NCBI RefSeq assembly: GCF_011045215.1
Contig: NZ_CP049201.1
DNA from: Escherichia coli
GTDB taxonomy: Bacteria; Pseudomonadota; Gammaproteobacteria; Enterobacterales; Enterobacteriaceae
Length of the DNA: 64,000 nt
Strand: one strand, 5' to 3'
Below, in pieces: positions 1 through 8,069 of the stretch. Below the pieces are notes generated by a model. That model saw only the letters and a program-made list of their open reading frames with translations. It searched no databases and had not been told where the DNA came from. How positions within the stretch are numbered: the stretch's first letter is position 1; the number at the start of each line of letters is the position of its first letter. The position numbers and the translations under genes are program-made.

Positions 1-125
1 AAGCGCACGGTCGAATTAAATTTACCGACACCGTACAGTTAGACGAATTTCGCCGTGCGCTTTCGTGTTGTGTGCCTGCTTTTAACCACGTCAGGCGAGG
101 TGGTATCCTTAAAATCACCACAGTT

Positions 126-701
126 TTAAGGATTCATTAAGCAATGTCGCAACCACCAATAAATCCGCTTAAGAACATGAAAATTGATTACTGGTATAAA
201 GCGCTTACAGTTGTTGGCGCTGCGTTGTTTGTCTTTAATGGAACGTCTTTTTTTGACAGATATCCCGTTGTTCCATTGGGTTTTTTGTCCTCCGGCATCT
301 TTTTTATTGGTTTGGGGGAGTGGATTAATCACCCTCTCAAAGTGAGATTTATTGGTCCTGGGGTTTGGACTCGTGGATATAATCGTTCTTCGTGCGCACT
401 CGGCATCATCTTCGACATACTTGGTTGTTTCCTGATTGTTACAGGAGTCGTCAAGTTCTTCTGATGTAAAACCGCAAATGGGGCACGTAACGGGAATTTT
501 GAAAAGCGTTTCTCCGGGTTCCAGAACAAAATTTTCTGCGGTCTGATTTTGCTTCTCATATTTGTGCTCCGCGTCATTGTGAGAGCACATTCTTATTCTG
601 AGTGCCTGTTTAAACTCACTGAAGCTGAGAGCTTCTTCGCCTTCGGCAAGGCCTTCGAAGTATTCTTCGTAAGCCTTTTCCATGATTGTGTCGAAATCCA
701 T
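126..701 (-). CDS. YdfB/YdfC-like zinc-ribbon ORF, apparently fused or extended reading frame
   Basis: Translation MDFDTIMEKAYEEYFEG...PVTCPICGF matches recalled YdfB and YdfC N-terminal regions in one frame with no stop; downstream half is K/N/R-rich and may be non-coding read-through. Start at 701 overlaps ydfA stop. Confidence 0.3.
   Translation of the reverse strand: MDFDTIMEKAYEEYFEGLAEGEEALSFSEFKQALRIRMCSHNDAEHKYEKQNQTAENFVLEPGETLFKIPVTCPICGFTSEELDDSCNNQETTKYVEDDAECARRTIISTSPNPRTNKSHFERVINPLPQTNKKDAGGQKTQWNNGISVKKRRSIKDKQRSANNCKRFIPVINFHVLKRIYWWLRHCLMNP
144..464 (+). CDS. Small membrane protein, three predicted TM helices; embedded antisense to the 126..701 ORF
   Basis: ATG preceded by AAGGA; translation has three hydrophobic stretches (LTVVGAALFVF, LGFLSSGIFFIGLG, ALGIIFDILGCFLIVTGVV). 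Only one of the two overlapping ORFs is likely real. Confidence 0.3.
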   Translation: MSQPPINPLKNMKIDYWYKALTVVGAALFVFNGTSFFDRYPVVPLGFLSSGIFFIGLGEWINHPLKVRFIGPGVWTRGYNRSSCALGIIFDILGCFLIVTGVVKFF

Positions 702-702
702 A

Positions 703-858
703 TCACTCACCTGAGTTTCTTTCCAGCCAGCGACGGGCACCATTTTCGGTTTTAAACGTTTTGCTTTTGGTATACGTCATCGCGGTGAACGTGCCGTCCT
801 GGTTGGGGAACACGCCACATACCAGAGATTCGCTGTTGCCAAGATCGATAGTATCCAT
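703..858 (-). CDS. ydfA: YdfA-like small prophage protein (51 aa)
   Basis: Internal Met start with GAGG 5 nt upstream; translation MDTIDLGNSESLVCGVFPNQDGTFTAMTYTKSKTFKTENGARRWLERNSGE matches recalled Qin YdfA; sits downstream of dicA as in Qin. Confidence 0.5.
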   Translation of the reverse strand: MDTIDLGNSESLVCGVFPNQDGTFTAMTYTKSKTFKTENGARRWLERNSGE

Positions 859-938
859 GCTGACCTCATTTCCCCTTAACGCCTGGGTAGCGGAACTGTT
901 TGCTGAGAACACCGTGCGGTGTCTTGATGGAAATTAAT

Positions 939-988
939 TTAGAATAATCTAACATGATAGGCAAGTGTTTTTTGTTAGGTTAGTCTAA
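939..988. promoter_or_regulatory. Two TTAG-N6-CTAA palindromic operator-like sites (939..952 and 975..988)
   Basis: ttagaataatctaa and ttaggttagtctaa share the architecture of the site at 1486..1499 in the dicA-dicC intergenic region. Confidence 0.4.
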
Positions 989-1026
989 CAAAAAGAGTGA
1001 GCGCAACTAATCACTTGAAAAGAATG

Positions 1027-1434
1027 TTATTTTATTGATTTATTTTTACGCGCTTTAAGCATTTCTTCGAAGAGTTTGTTGAAGTTTTCTACTCTTGCGC
1101 GCATTTCAGACAGCAAGGCTTCCTGCTCGGAAGATGGAAGAGCATCGAATAATTCGATCAATTCTTTGTGGTTGGGAGTTAGCTCTGTTTCCACATGAAG
1201 TTCTTGTGCAGGCACTGGTGCCTTGTCTTCATCACCAAACATTAGCCATGTAGGTGAGCACTTCAGAGCATCCGCTAAAGCAAACAATCGTTTTCCGACT
1301 GGCTGGGTTTCGTCTCTTTCCCATTGTGAAATTGTGACGTGAGCAACTCCAGCGAGGCGCGCAGCTTCTCGTTGTGTTAAGCGTAATTCTTTTCGTCGCG
1401 CCAGAACTCGCTGGCCTAGGGTTCTTGTATCCAT
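1027..1434 (-). CDS. dicA: DicA-family HTH (Cro/C1-type) prophage repressor, 135 aa
   Basis: Translation ...LTQREAARLAGVAHVTISQWERDETQPVGKRLFALADALKCSPTWLMFGDEDK...MRARVENFNKLFEEMLKAR matches recalled DicA in length and motifs; divergent from a Cro-like gene. Confidence 0.85.
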   Translation of the reverse strand: MDTRTLGQRVLARRKELRLTQREAARLAGVAHVTISQWERDETQPVGKRLFALADALKCSPTWLMFGDEDKAPVPAQELHVETELTPNHKELIELFDALPSSEQEALLSEMRARVENFNKLFEEMLKARKNKSIK

Positions 1435-1511
1435 AGTTAGGTAATTCTAATTTTTCTTGACTTAGGTATCCCGCGCACAATAATGTTAGAAAAGTCTAAC
1501 AAGAGGGGGCT
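1435..1511. promoter_or_regulatory. Divergent dicA/dicC promoter-operator region with TTAG-N6-CTAA palindrome at 1486..1499
   Basis: Intergenic 77 bp between divergent repressor genes; ttagaaaagtctaa palindrome; TTGACT (1459..1464) -35-like hexamer. Confidence 0.5.
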
Positions 1512-1742
1512 TTGATGCTTAAAGTTGACGCAATTACTTTTTTTGGCAGCAAAACAAAGCTTGCCAATGCCGCAGGAGTGAGACTGGCAAGTGTTGCTGC
1601 TTGGGGGATACTGGTTCCTGAAGGTCGCGCGATGCGTCTACAGGAGGCATCTGGCGGGGAGCTTCAGTATGATCCCAAAGTTTATGACGAATATCGTAAG
1701 ACGAAGCGGACGGGGCGGTTGAACAATGAAAATCACTCCTGA
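1512..1742 (+). CDS. dicC: DicC-like Cro-type regulator, 76 aa
   Basis: Translation ...FGSKTKLANAAGVRLASVAAWG...EGRAMRLQEASGGELQYDPKVYDEYRK matches recalled DicC; divergent from dicA. Confidence 0.75.
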   Translation: MMLKVDAITFFGSKTKLANAAGVRLASVAAWGILVPEGRAMRLQEASGGELQYDPKVYDEYRKTKRTGRLNNENHS

Positions 1743-2247
1743 ACAGGCTCGTGAGGCTCTGGATGCCTGGATATGTCGACCAGGAATGACACAGGAGCAG
1801 GCGACGATATTAATCACTGAAGCATTCTGGGCTTTGAAAGAGCGCCCGAACATCGATGTTCAGCGTGTCACATATGAAGGTGGCGCGGTTGATCAGCGAG
1901 CGCTTAGCGTTAATCGAGTGAAGATATTCGAACGCTGGAAGGCTATCGACACCAGGGATAAGCGTGAAAAGTTCACAGCGCTAGTGCCTGCAATTATGGA
2001 GGCTATCCGGATTAGTGATTTCAGGTTGTATCGTGAGATCAGTGATGGAAAAAGTATTACGTACATGATCGCCGGGTTAAATAAAGAATATGGCGATGTG
2101 GTGGAATCTGGACTGCTTTTTGCAGATCCTGCCGTTGTAGATCGTGAAACTGACGAACTTATAGAAAAAGCAATTGCTTTCAAGCTTGCGTATCGACAGC
2201 AATACCAACAAAAAGCTGGATGGAATTATGAGTCTTCTTTTTGCTGA
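1726..2247 (+). CDS. Hypothetical early-region protein (cII-position), 173 aa
   Basis: ORF between cro-like gene and replication initiator, overlapping both by a few codons; no motif recognised. Confidence 0.5.
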   Translation: MKITPEQAREALDAWICRPGMTQEQATILITEAFWALKERPNIDVQRVTYEGGAVDQRALSVNRVKIFERWKAIDTRDKREKFTALVPAIMEAIRISDFRLYREISDGKSITYMIAGLNKEYGDVVESGLLFADPAVVDRETDELIEKAIAFKLAYRQQYQQKAGWNYESSFC

Positions 2248-3193
2248 ACGCCCACTGGTTATAAACACGCAGCTGGCAATGAAAATCGGCTTAAACGAAG
2301 CCATTGTTTTGCAACAACTGCACTACTGGTTGAGAGATACCAACTCCGGTATGGAATGTGATGGTGTTCGCTGGATTTATAACACAACGGAACAATGGCT
2401 GGAACAGTTCCCATTCTGGTCAGAGTCAACGTTAAAACGCGCGTTTGCAAGTCTGAAAACGCTGGGGCTTTTGCGTTGTGAAAAGCTCAATAAATCAAAG
2501 CGCGATATGACCAATTTCTACACGATCAACTATGGGAGCGAGCTTTTAGATGGTGGCAAATTGAACGAATCCATCGGTTCAAAATGCGCCGCTCCATCAG
2601 GTCAAAATGACACGATGGAAGAGGTCAAAATGAAACGCTCCATTGGTTCAAAACGACCCAATGTCATCGGGTCAAAATGGCCTGATGATCTTACAGAGAA
2701 TACAACAGAGATTACTACAGAGAATAAAAACACTTTTCGTCCGGAAGCTTCGCAACCGGACCCGCAGACGACTGAACAGGATTTTTTAACCCGGAACCCC
2801 GACGCGGTTGTGTTTAGTGTGAAAAAACGCCAGTGGGGTAGCAGGGAGGATTTGGCGTGTGCGCAGTGGATTTGGGGGCGGATCGTGAACCTTTACGAAC
2901 AGGCTGCCAGCGACGATGGAGAGATCATGCGACCAAAAGAGCCTAACTGGACAGCCTGGGCCAATGACGTGCGCACAATGCGGATGCTGGATGGCAGAAG
3001 CCACAGACAAATTTGCGAAATGTTTGGTCGGGTACAGCGGGATCCATTCTGGGTAAAAAACATCATGAGCCCGTCAAAACTCCGCGAAAAATGGGACGAA
3101 CTGGTCATCCGCCTGGGACGTTCACCTGTACAGCGTTGTGTGAATCATATTTCTGAACCGGATACAGAAATTCCGCCTGGTTTCAGAGGATAA
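2228..3193 (+). CDS. Phage replication initiator (lambda O-like), contains internal origin iterons
   Basis: Internal ATG at 2228 (M19 of ORF 2174..3193); gene contains five 23-bp-spaced iterons plus an AT-rich tract, the hallmark of O-type initiators. Confidence 0.6.
   Translation: MSLLFAERPLVINTQLAMKIGLNEAIVLQQLHYWLRDTNSGMECDGVRWIYNTTEQWLEQFPFWSESTLKRAFASLKTLGLLRCEKLNKSKRDMTNFYTINYGSELLDGGKLNESIGSKCAAPSGQNDTMEEVKMKRSIGSKRPNVIGSKWPDDLTENTTEITTENKNTFRPEASQPDPQTTEQDFLTRNPDAVVFSVKKRQWGSREDLACAQWIWGRIVNLYEQAASDDGEIMRPKEPNWTAWANDVRTMRMLDGRSHRQICEMFGRVQRDPFWVKNIMSPSKLREKWDELVIRLGRSPVQRCVNHISEPDTEIPPGFRG
2570..2679 (+). repeat. Origin iterons: five copies of ~TCCATCGGTTCAAAATG at ~23-bp spacing, followed by AT-rich tract 2690..2740
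   Basis: Copies begin at 2570, 2593, ~2616, 2639, ~2663; then acagagaatacaacagagattactacagagaataaaaac. Confidence 0.6.
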
Positions 3194-3233
3194 GTTTTGA
3201 TTTCAGGTCATGAGGTAATTTTAAGGGGGACTT

Positions 3234-3635
3234 GTGGCAAAAGTTTTTACACAAGAAGAGCGGGAAAAAATTAAAGGGCAGGTGGTGGAACTCGTGCGCC
3301 AGAGCGGTCGTGAGACGTTACGGCAACTGGAAGCTAAAACAGGTGCGACTAGATATCTGATGAGCGTTCTTGCCAGAGAGCTGGTAGCCAGTGGCGATGT
3401 ATACAACTCCGGCTACGGGTTATTCCCGTCTGAACAGGCGCGTAAGGACTGGCAAAACGCCCGCAAAAAACTATCGAGGGCAAAGGTGAAGAAAACAGCT
3501 GTGGTTGATCCGGACCTTATCTGGTCGTTACCTGATGGAGAAATACGTCGCTACGACAGTCGCCTAAACATAATCTGTCGCGAGTGCCGGATGAGTGAAG
3601 TTATGCAGCGCATACTGGCATTTTATCAGGGATAA
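3234..3635 (+). CDS. Hypothetical phage protein (replication-region, P-position), 133 aa
   Basis: ORF with GGGGGA RBS-like sequence upstream; no motif recognised. Confidence 0.45.
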   Translation: MAKVFTQEEREKIKGQVVELVRQSGRETLRQLEAKTGATRYLMSVLARELVASGDVYNSGYGLFPSEQARKDWQNARKKLSRAKVKKTAVVDPDLIWSLPDGEIRRYDSRLNIICRECRMSEVMQRILAFYQG

Positions 3636-3831
3636 TGTTAGGTATTTTAGACGTTACTAGATTAAAAAGCATTAGTTCAGGAGTGAATTGACATTCTCAT
3701 TTTTCATGGCACAGGGTAGATCTGGCGTGGTTGTCCGCTTTGTGCCAGAAGCGGACATAGCAGGTGCCAGATGCATTTGTTATTCTTCATTGAATTGAGC
3801 AGTATCCTTAACAGGAACTCTGAATACATAA

Positions 3832-4470
3832 ATGAAGATGAAAAACATGTCTGAAGTGTTGACCCAAGAAAAGCTTATTTTTGTTGCCCAGAGACTAAAG
3901 GCCCTCGCGCAGTCAGGCCTGACCTATTCAAAAGACGTCTTTGACAAGGAACGCTATGAAGCCTTGCGTGAAATTGCCGCTGGACTGCTGAGTTCGCAGT
4001 TTGATATTAGCCGCAATGATTTGTTTCATGTATCGGAAACGGGTTACGCGACGCCCAAAACAGATGTGCGTGCGTTTATCCTGCGTAATAATCGTATTCT
4101 GATGGTGAAAGAGGCTGCAGATGGATTATGGAGTCTTCCTGGCGGATGGGCAGATGTTGGAGATACACCTTCTGAAGCTGTGCGTCGAGAGGTCGAAGAA
4201 GAAACCGGATTAAAAGTCAGAGTGACTAAACTATTGGGAGTTTGGGATCGTAATCTTCACGGCCATCCGCCTTTACCCTGGCATGTTTACAAGCTGATTT
4301 TTCTCTGTGAAGAAGTAGGTGGCAGCCTGTCAATCAGCCATGAGTCACTCGATGCTGATTTTTTTGATGTCAACGACCTGCCTGAATTGTCGCTTTCAAG
4401 AATTGTGCCTGAGCAGATTGCTGTCAGCCTGAGAGTAGCGAAAGGTGATGAAAAAACATGGTTTGATTAA
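3832..4470 (+). CDS. NUDIX hydrolase with N-terminal extension (ADP-ribose pyrophosphatase-like)
   Basis: Nudix box visible: GGWADVGDTPSEAVRREVEEETGL; ~90 aa N-terminal domain as in ADP-ribose pyrophosphatases. Confidence 0.8.
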   Translation: MKMKNMSEVLTQEKLIFVAQRLKALAQSGLTYSKDVFDKERYEALREIAAGLLSSQFDISRNDLFHVSETGYATPKTDVRAFILRNNRILMVKEAADGLWSLPGGWADVGDTPSEAVRREVEEETGLKVRVTKLLGVWDRNLHGHPPLPWHVYKLIFLCEEVGGSLSISHESLDADFFDVNDLPELSLSRIVPEQIAVSLRVAKGDEKTWFD

Positions 4471-4493
4471 CTTTCTTCTGCAACCATTAAGGA

Positions 4494-5138
4494 ATGGCAA
4501 TGATATTCAACGCTAAGGGTTTTTTATTCGATATGGACGGTACGCTGGTTGATTCAACAGCCGTAGTGGAAAACGTCTGGAGAGATTTTTGTGCAGAATA
4601 CGGTCTTGATTCTCAGGCTGTGATTGCTTACGCACACGGGCGGCAAACGATTGATACACTAACGCATTTTATTGGTGCAGGTGAGAAAACCAATAAAATC
4701 GCGGCCTCACTCGAAGAGGTTGAAATCAACACGACAGAAGGCGTTACTGAAGTAAAAGGGGCCGCTGCACTCTTATCAAAACTGCCACCGGATAGCTGGG
4801 CACTTGTCACTTCTGCAGGCAGAATGCTTGCCGAAAACAGGATGAAAGCGGCTAATCTCCCCTTACCCAGAGTAATGGTGTGTGCAGAAGATGTAATGAC
4901 GGGAAAACCAAGTCCCGAGGGTTACATCAAAGCAGCTTTGGCTTTGGGCCTTGAGCCTGGTGAATGCGTGGTATTTGAGGATGCATCTGCGGGTATAAAA
5001 GCAGGGCTGGCAAGTGGAGCTTCGGTAATAGCTGTTCAGCCTGACGCTCTGGGATCATCTGAAGCCCATGCCGTCAGCGAACTGTCTGACATTATGGTCA
5101 AGATTTCCGGAGAACGTTTCAATATCATCTGTGGTTAA
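4494..5138 (+). CDS. HAD-superfamily (subfamily IA) hydrolase/phosphatase
   Basis: HAD motif I FDMDGTLVDS near N-terminus; C-terminal motifs (VVFEDASAGIKAG). Confidence 0.8.
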   Translation: MAMIFNAKGFLFDMDGTLVDSTAVVENVWRDFCAEYGLDSQAVIAYAHGRQTIDTLTHFIGAGEKTNKIAASLEEVEINTTEGVTEVKGAAALLSKLPPDSWALVTSAGRMLAENRMKAANLPLPRVMVCAEDVMTGKPSPEGYIKAALALGLEPGECVVFEDASAGIKAGLASGASVIAVQPDALGSSEAHAVSELSDIMVKISGERFNIICG

Positions 5139-5687
5139 TCACGTTACACAATACGCATCAATGGACGCTGAGTAGTTCGCGAGTTTTAAACTTCCAACGT
5201 CCGCTTTTCGCTCAAAGCGGACTAGAAGGTTAGCTTGTATCGGACTTTGCGTATTAAATGACTAGTGGTTGAGCCCCATTTCCACAGAAAAAATCAGAGA
5301 AACTATACCCAATAGTTGTATTGAATCACTGACGAGACAGCCTCATATTCATCAGGACTGGTGTACGTCCAATACAGGAGGTTGTGGTGCTGGTTCTCAA
5401 ATGTGCGCTGGCTATTACGGCTGTAATGGCGATTTATTGTCTTGCTATTGTTCTTATGGATCGCCTTTCTGACTGATTTCATATTGGCGAGGTAACGGTA
5501 GTTAAGTAGAATGGCTGCGGGTGCTTGAGGCTATCTGCCTCGGGCATGAACACCAACGGCAGATAGAGAAAAGCCCCAGTTAACATTACGCGTCCTGCAA
5601 GACGCTTAACATTAATCTGAGGCCAATTTCATGCTAGACACATGTAGGTTAGCCTCTTACGTGCCGAAAGGCAAGGAGAAGCAGGCT

Positions 5688-5843
5688 ATGAAGCAGCAAA
5701 AGGCGATGTTAATCGCCCTGATCGTCATCTGTTTAACCGTCATAGTGACGGCACTGGTAACGAGGAAAGACCTCTGCGAGGTACGAATCCGAACCGGCCA
5801 GACGGAGGTCGCTGTCTTCACAGCTTACGAACCTGAGGAGTAA
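5688..5843 (+). CDS. hokD: Hok/Gef-family type I toxin (HokD/RelF-like), 51 aa
   Basis: Translation MKQQKAMLIALIVICLTVIVTALVTRKDLCEVRIRTGQTEVAVFTAYEPEE matches recalled HokD; in-frame upstream extension from 5631 is mok-like; sok antisense expected ~5600..5700 on minus strand. Confidence 0.85.
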   Translation: MKQQKAMLIALIVICLTVIVTALVTRKDLCEVRIRTGQTEVAVFTAYEPEE

Positions 5844-5911
5844 GAGACCCGGCGAGGGATAAATCCCTCGCCACCTCTGATGTGGCAGGCATCCTCAACG
5901 CACCCGCACTT

Positions 5912-5939
5912 AACCCGCTTCGGCGGGTTTTTGTTTTTA
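5912..5939 (+). terminator. Rho-independent terminator of hok mRNA
   Basis: Hairpin acccgcttcggcgggt followed by tttttgttttt; preceded by a second hairpin 5851..5872. Confidence 0.6.
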
Positions 5940-6059
5940 TTTTCAACGCGTTTGAAGTTCTGGACGGTGCCGGAATAGAATCAAAAATACTTAAGTAGCG
6001 CGCAGGGATAAGAGGGATGGTCCCTTAAAGGGGAGAGCTAATTATCCGGAAGGATTCTG

Positions 6060-6311
6060 ATGATGAACATCGAAGAACTGCGTAAAATTTTTTGTGAAGA
6101 TGGCCTCTATGCTGTGTGCGTTGAAAATGGAAACATTGTTAGTCATTACCGCATTCTGTGTTTGCGAAAGAATGGGGCTGCGTTAATTAATTTTATGGAT
6201 GCTCGGGTCACGGACGGATTTATCTTGCGCGAAGGTGAGTTTGTCACTTCATTACAGGCACTGAAAGAGATCGGAATAAAAGCAGGCTTTTCAGCTTTTG
6301 CAGAAGAATAA
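6060..6311 (+). CDS. rem: Rem-like small prophage protein, 83 aa
   Basis: 83-aa ORF with GGAAGGA RBS upstream; position after hokD as rem in Qin; length matches recalled Rem. Confidence 0.55.
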   Translation: MMNIEELRKIFCEDGLYAVCVENGNIVSHYRILCLRKNGAALINFMDARVTDGFILREGEFVTSLQALKEIGIKAGFSAFAEE

Positions 6312-6377
6312 ACTCATCTACAATCTTGCGCGGGGCTGAACTCCCGCTGAGTAACACCGTGCCACCGGAGAAAACCG

Positions 6378-6656
6378 ATGGCACGCAACGTAAAATATTA
6401 CAATTCTGATAATTCGCCCGTTCTTGCCTGCACGCACGAGCGGTATTCTCACGCATTCAAGTCTGAATGGTTCCAGCACCCTCCATGCACTGAAGAGCAG
6501 GCTGAATGGATAATTCAGTGTTACCGCAGGCGCGGATACGAGGTTAAGAAAGCCCTTAGTCTCGACTACCGTCACTGGATAATCTCAGTCAGATTGCCTT
6601 ACTCCGAACGCCCACCGCGTCCGTCCCGTACATTCCAGCAACGCATCTGGAGGTAA
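6378..6656 (+). CDS. Hypothetical nin-region protein, 92 aa
   Basis: ORF with GGAG RBS upstream; Cys/His-containing; no family assigned. Confidence 0.4.
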   Translation: MARNVKYYNSDNSPVLACTHERYSHAFKSEWFQHPPCTEEQAEWIIQCYRRRGYEVKKALSLDYRHWIISVRLPYSERPPRPSRTFQQRIWR

Positions 6657-6657
6657 C

Positions 6658-7707
6658 GTGCGGGTATTACTTCGACCTGTTCTGGTACCGGAACTCGGGC
6701 TGGTGGTCGTTAAGCCGGGCCGTGAATCCATGCCGGTATTCCACAATACCCGGGTACTGGTGGAGCCGGAACCGAAAAGCATGCGTAATCTGCCGTCCGG
6801 GATCGTTCCTGCCGTTCGCCAGCCGCTGGTGGAAGACAAAACATTGCTGCCGTTTTTCAGTAATGCACGGGTAATTCGTGCTGCTGGTGGTGCTGGTGCA
6901 TTGTCTGACTGGCTGTTGCGCCATATTAAATCCTGCCAGTGGCCACACGGCGATTATCATCACAGCGAAACCGTTATTCACCGTTATGGTACCGGCGCAA
7001 TGGTGTTGTGCTGGCACTGCGACAACCAGCTGCGTGACCAGACATCCGAATCACTCGAGCAACTTGCTCATCAAAACCTGTCAGCATGGATGATTGACGT
7101 CATCGGTCACGCAATAAGCGGTACGCAGGAGCGTGAATTATCTCTGGCTGAATTATCCTGGTGGGCGGTCCGCAATCAGGTGGCGGACGCGCTACCGGAA
7201 GCGGTATTACGTCGTTCGCTGGGGTTGCGTGCGGAAAAAATCCGCTCCATGTACCGTGAAAGCGACATCGTACCGGGAGAGCAGACCGCCACCAGCATAC
7301 TGAAACAGCGCACAAAAAATCTTGCGCCGCTGCCTCACGCCCACCAGCAACAGAACCCACCACAGGAAAAGACGGTGGTCAGCATTGCCGTTGATCCTGA
7401 GTCTCCGGAATCTTTCATGAAACGACCTAAACGTCGCCGCTGGGTTAATGAAAAGTACACGCGCTGGGTTAAGACACAGCCGTGTGCATGTTGTGGAAAG
7501 CCCGCTGATGATCCCCACCACCTGATAGGCCACGGTCAGGGGGGAATGGGTACAAAAGCGCATGACCTCTTTGTGTTGCCTTTGTGCAGAAAGCATCACG
7601 ACGAGCTGCATGCGGATACCGTGGCATTTGAAGAGAAGTATGGCTCCCAGCTGGAGCTGATATTTCGTTTTATCGATCGTGCGCTGGCAATTGGCGTGCT
7701 GGCCTGA
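6658..7707 (+). CDS. ydfU: DUF968-family prophage protein (YdfU-like), 349 aa
   Basis: C-terminal CACCGKPADDPHHL...CRKHHDELH zinc-binding-like motifs as recalled for YdfU/DUF968; position before Q as in Qin. Confidence 0.7.
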   Translation: MRVLLRPVLVPELGLVVVKPGRESMPVFHNTRVLVEPEPKSMRNLPSGIVPAVRQPLVEDKTLLPFFSNARVIRAAGGAGALSDWLLRHIKSCQWPHGDYHHSETVIHRYGTGAMVLCWHCDNQLRDQTSESLEQLAHQNLSAWMIDVIGHAISGTQERELSLAELSWWAVRNQVADALPEAVLRRSLGLRAEKIRSMYRESDIVPGEQTATSILKQRTKNLAPLPHAHQQQNPPQEKTVVSIAVDPESPESFMKRPKRRRWVNEKYTRWVKTQPCACCGKPADDPHHLIGHGQGGMGTKAHDLFVLPLCRKHHDELHADTVAFEEKYGSQLELIFRFIDRALAIGVLA

Positions 7708-7709
7708 TT

Positions 7710-8069
7710 TTGTGGAGAAAGTTGATGCGTGATATGTATGAAGTTTTAGACCGCTGGGGAGCGTGGGCTGCAGCAGATAACAGTGGTGTGGACTGGCAGC
7801 CGATAGCAGCAGGCTTTAAGGGGCTTTTACCTCATGGTAAAAAAATACGCCTTCAGTGTGATGATGATGAAGGCATCATGATAGACGGCTGTGTTGCCCG
7901 CCTGTGTAAGTATAAACCAGACGAATATGAGCTGATCATTGCTCACTTCGTTATAGGTATTTCACTGCGTTCTATTGCGAAGAGACGCAGATGCTCAGAT
8001 GGAACAATCCGGAAGCAATTGCAGACTGCGTTAGGTTTCATTAATGGGGTTATGTACATGCTCAAGTAA
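7710..8069 (+). CDS. Phage antitermination protein Q-like, 119 aa
   Basis: Small basic protein with Cys cluster and C-terminal HTH-like segment (IAHFVIGISLRSIAKRRRCSDGTIRKQL), at the canonical Q position upstream of the lysis cassette. Confidence 0.6.
   Translation: MWRKLMRDMYEVLDRWGAWAAADNSGVDWQPIAAGFKGLLPHGKKIRLQCDDDEGIMIDGCVARLCKYKPDEYELIIAHFVIGISLRSIAKRRRCSDGTIRKQLQTALGFINGVMYMLK

Noticed and set aside
1-125. Possible DicF sRNA at the left edge
   Set aside because: An 8-bp inverted repeat (gcgcacgg/ccgtgcgc, positions 3..10 and 53..60) is present, but the sequence does not match my recollection of DicF and its terminator; cannot support an ncRNA call.
5269-5472. 67-aa Cys/Gly-rich ORF (…GGCGAGSQMCAGYYGCNGDLLSCYCSYGSPF) resembling a bacteriocin-like peptide
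   Set aside because: Begins with TTG, has no convincing RBS and lies in the hok leader/upstream regulatory region where no protein gene is expected; composition may be chance. Worth a peptide homology search only if expression data support it.
7207-7611. 134-aa minus-strand ORF
   Set aside because: Antisense within the ydfU-like gene.
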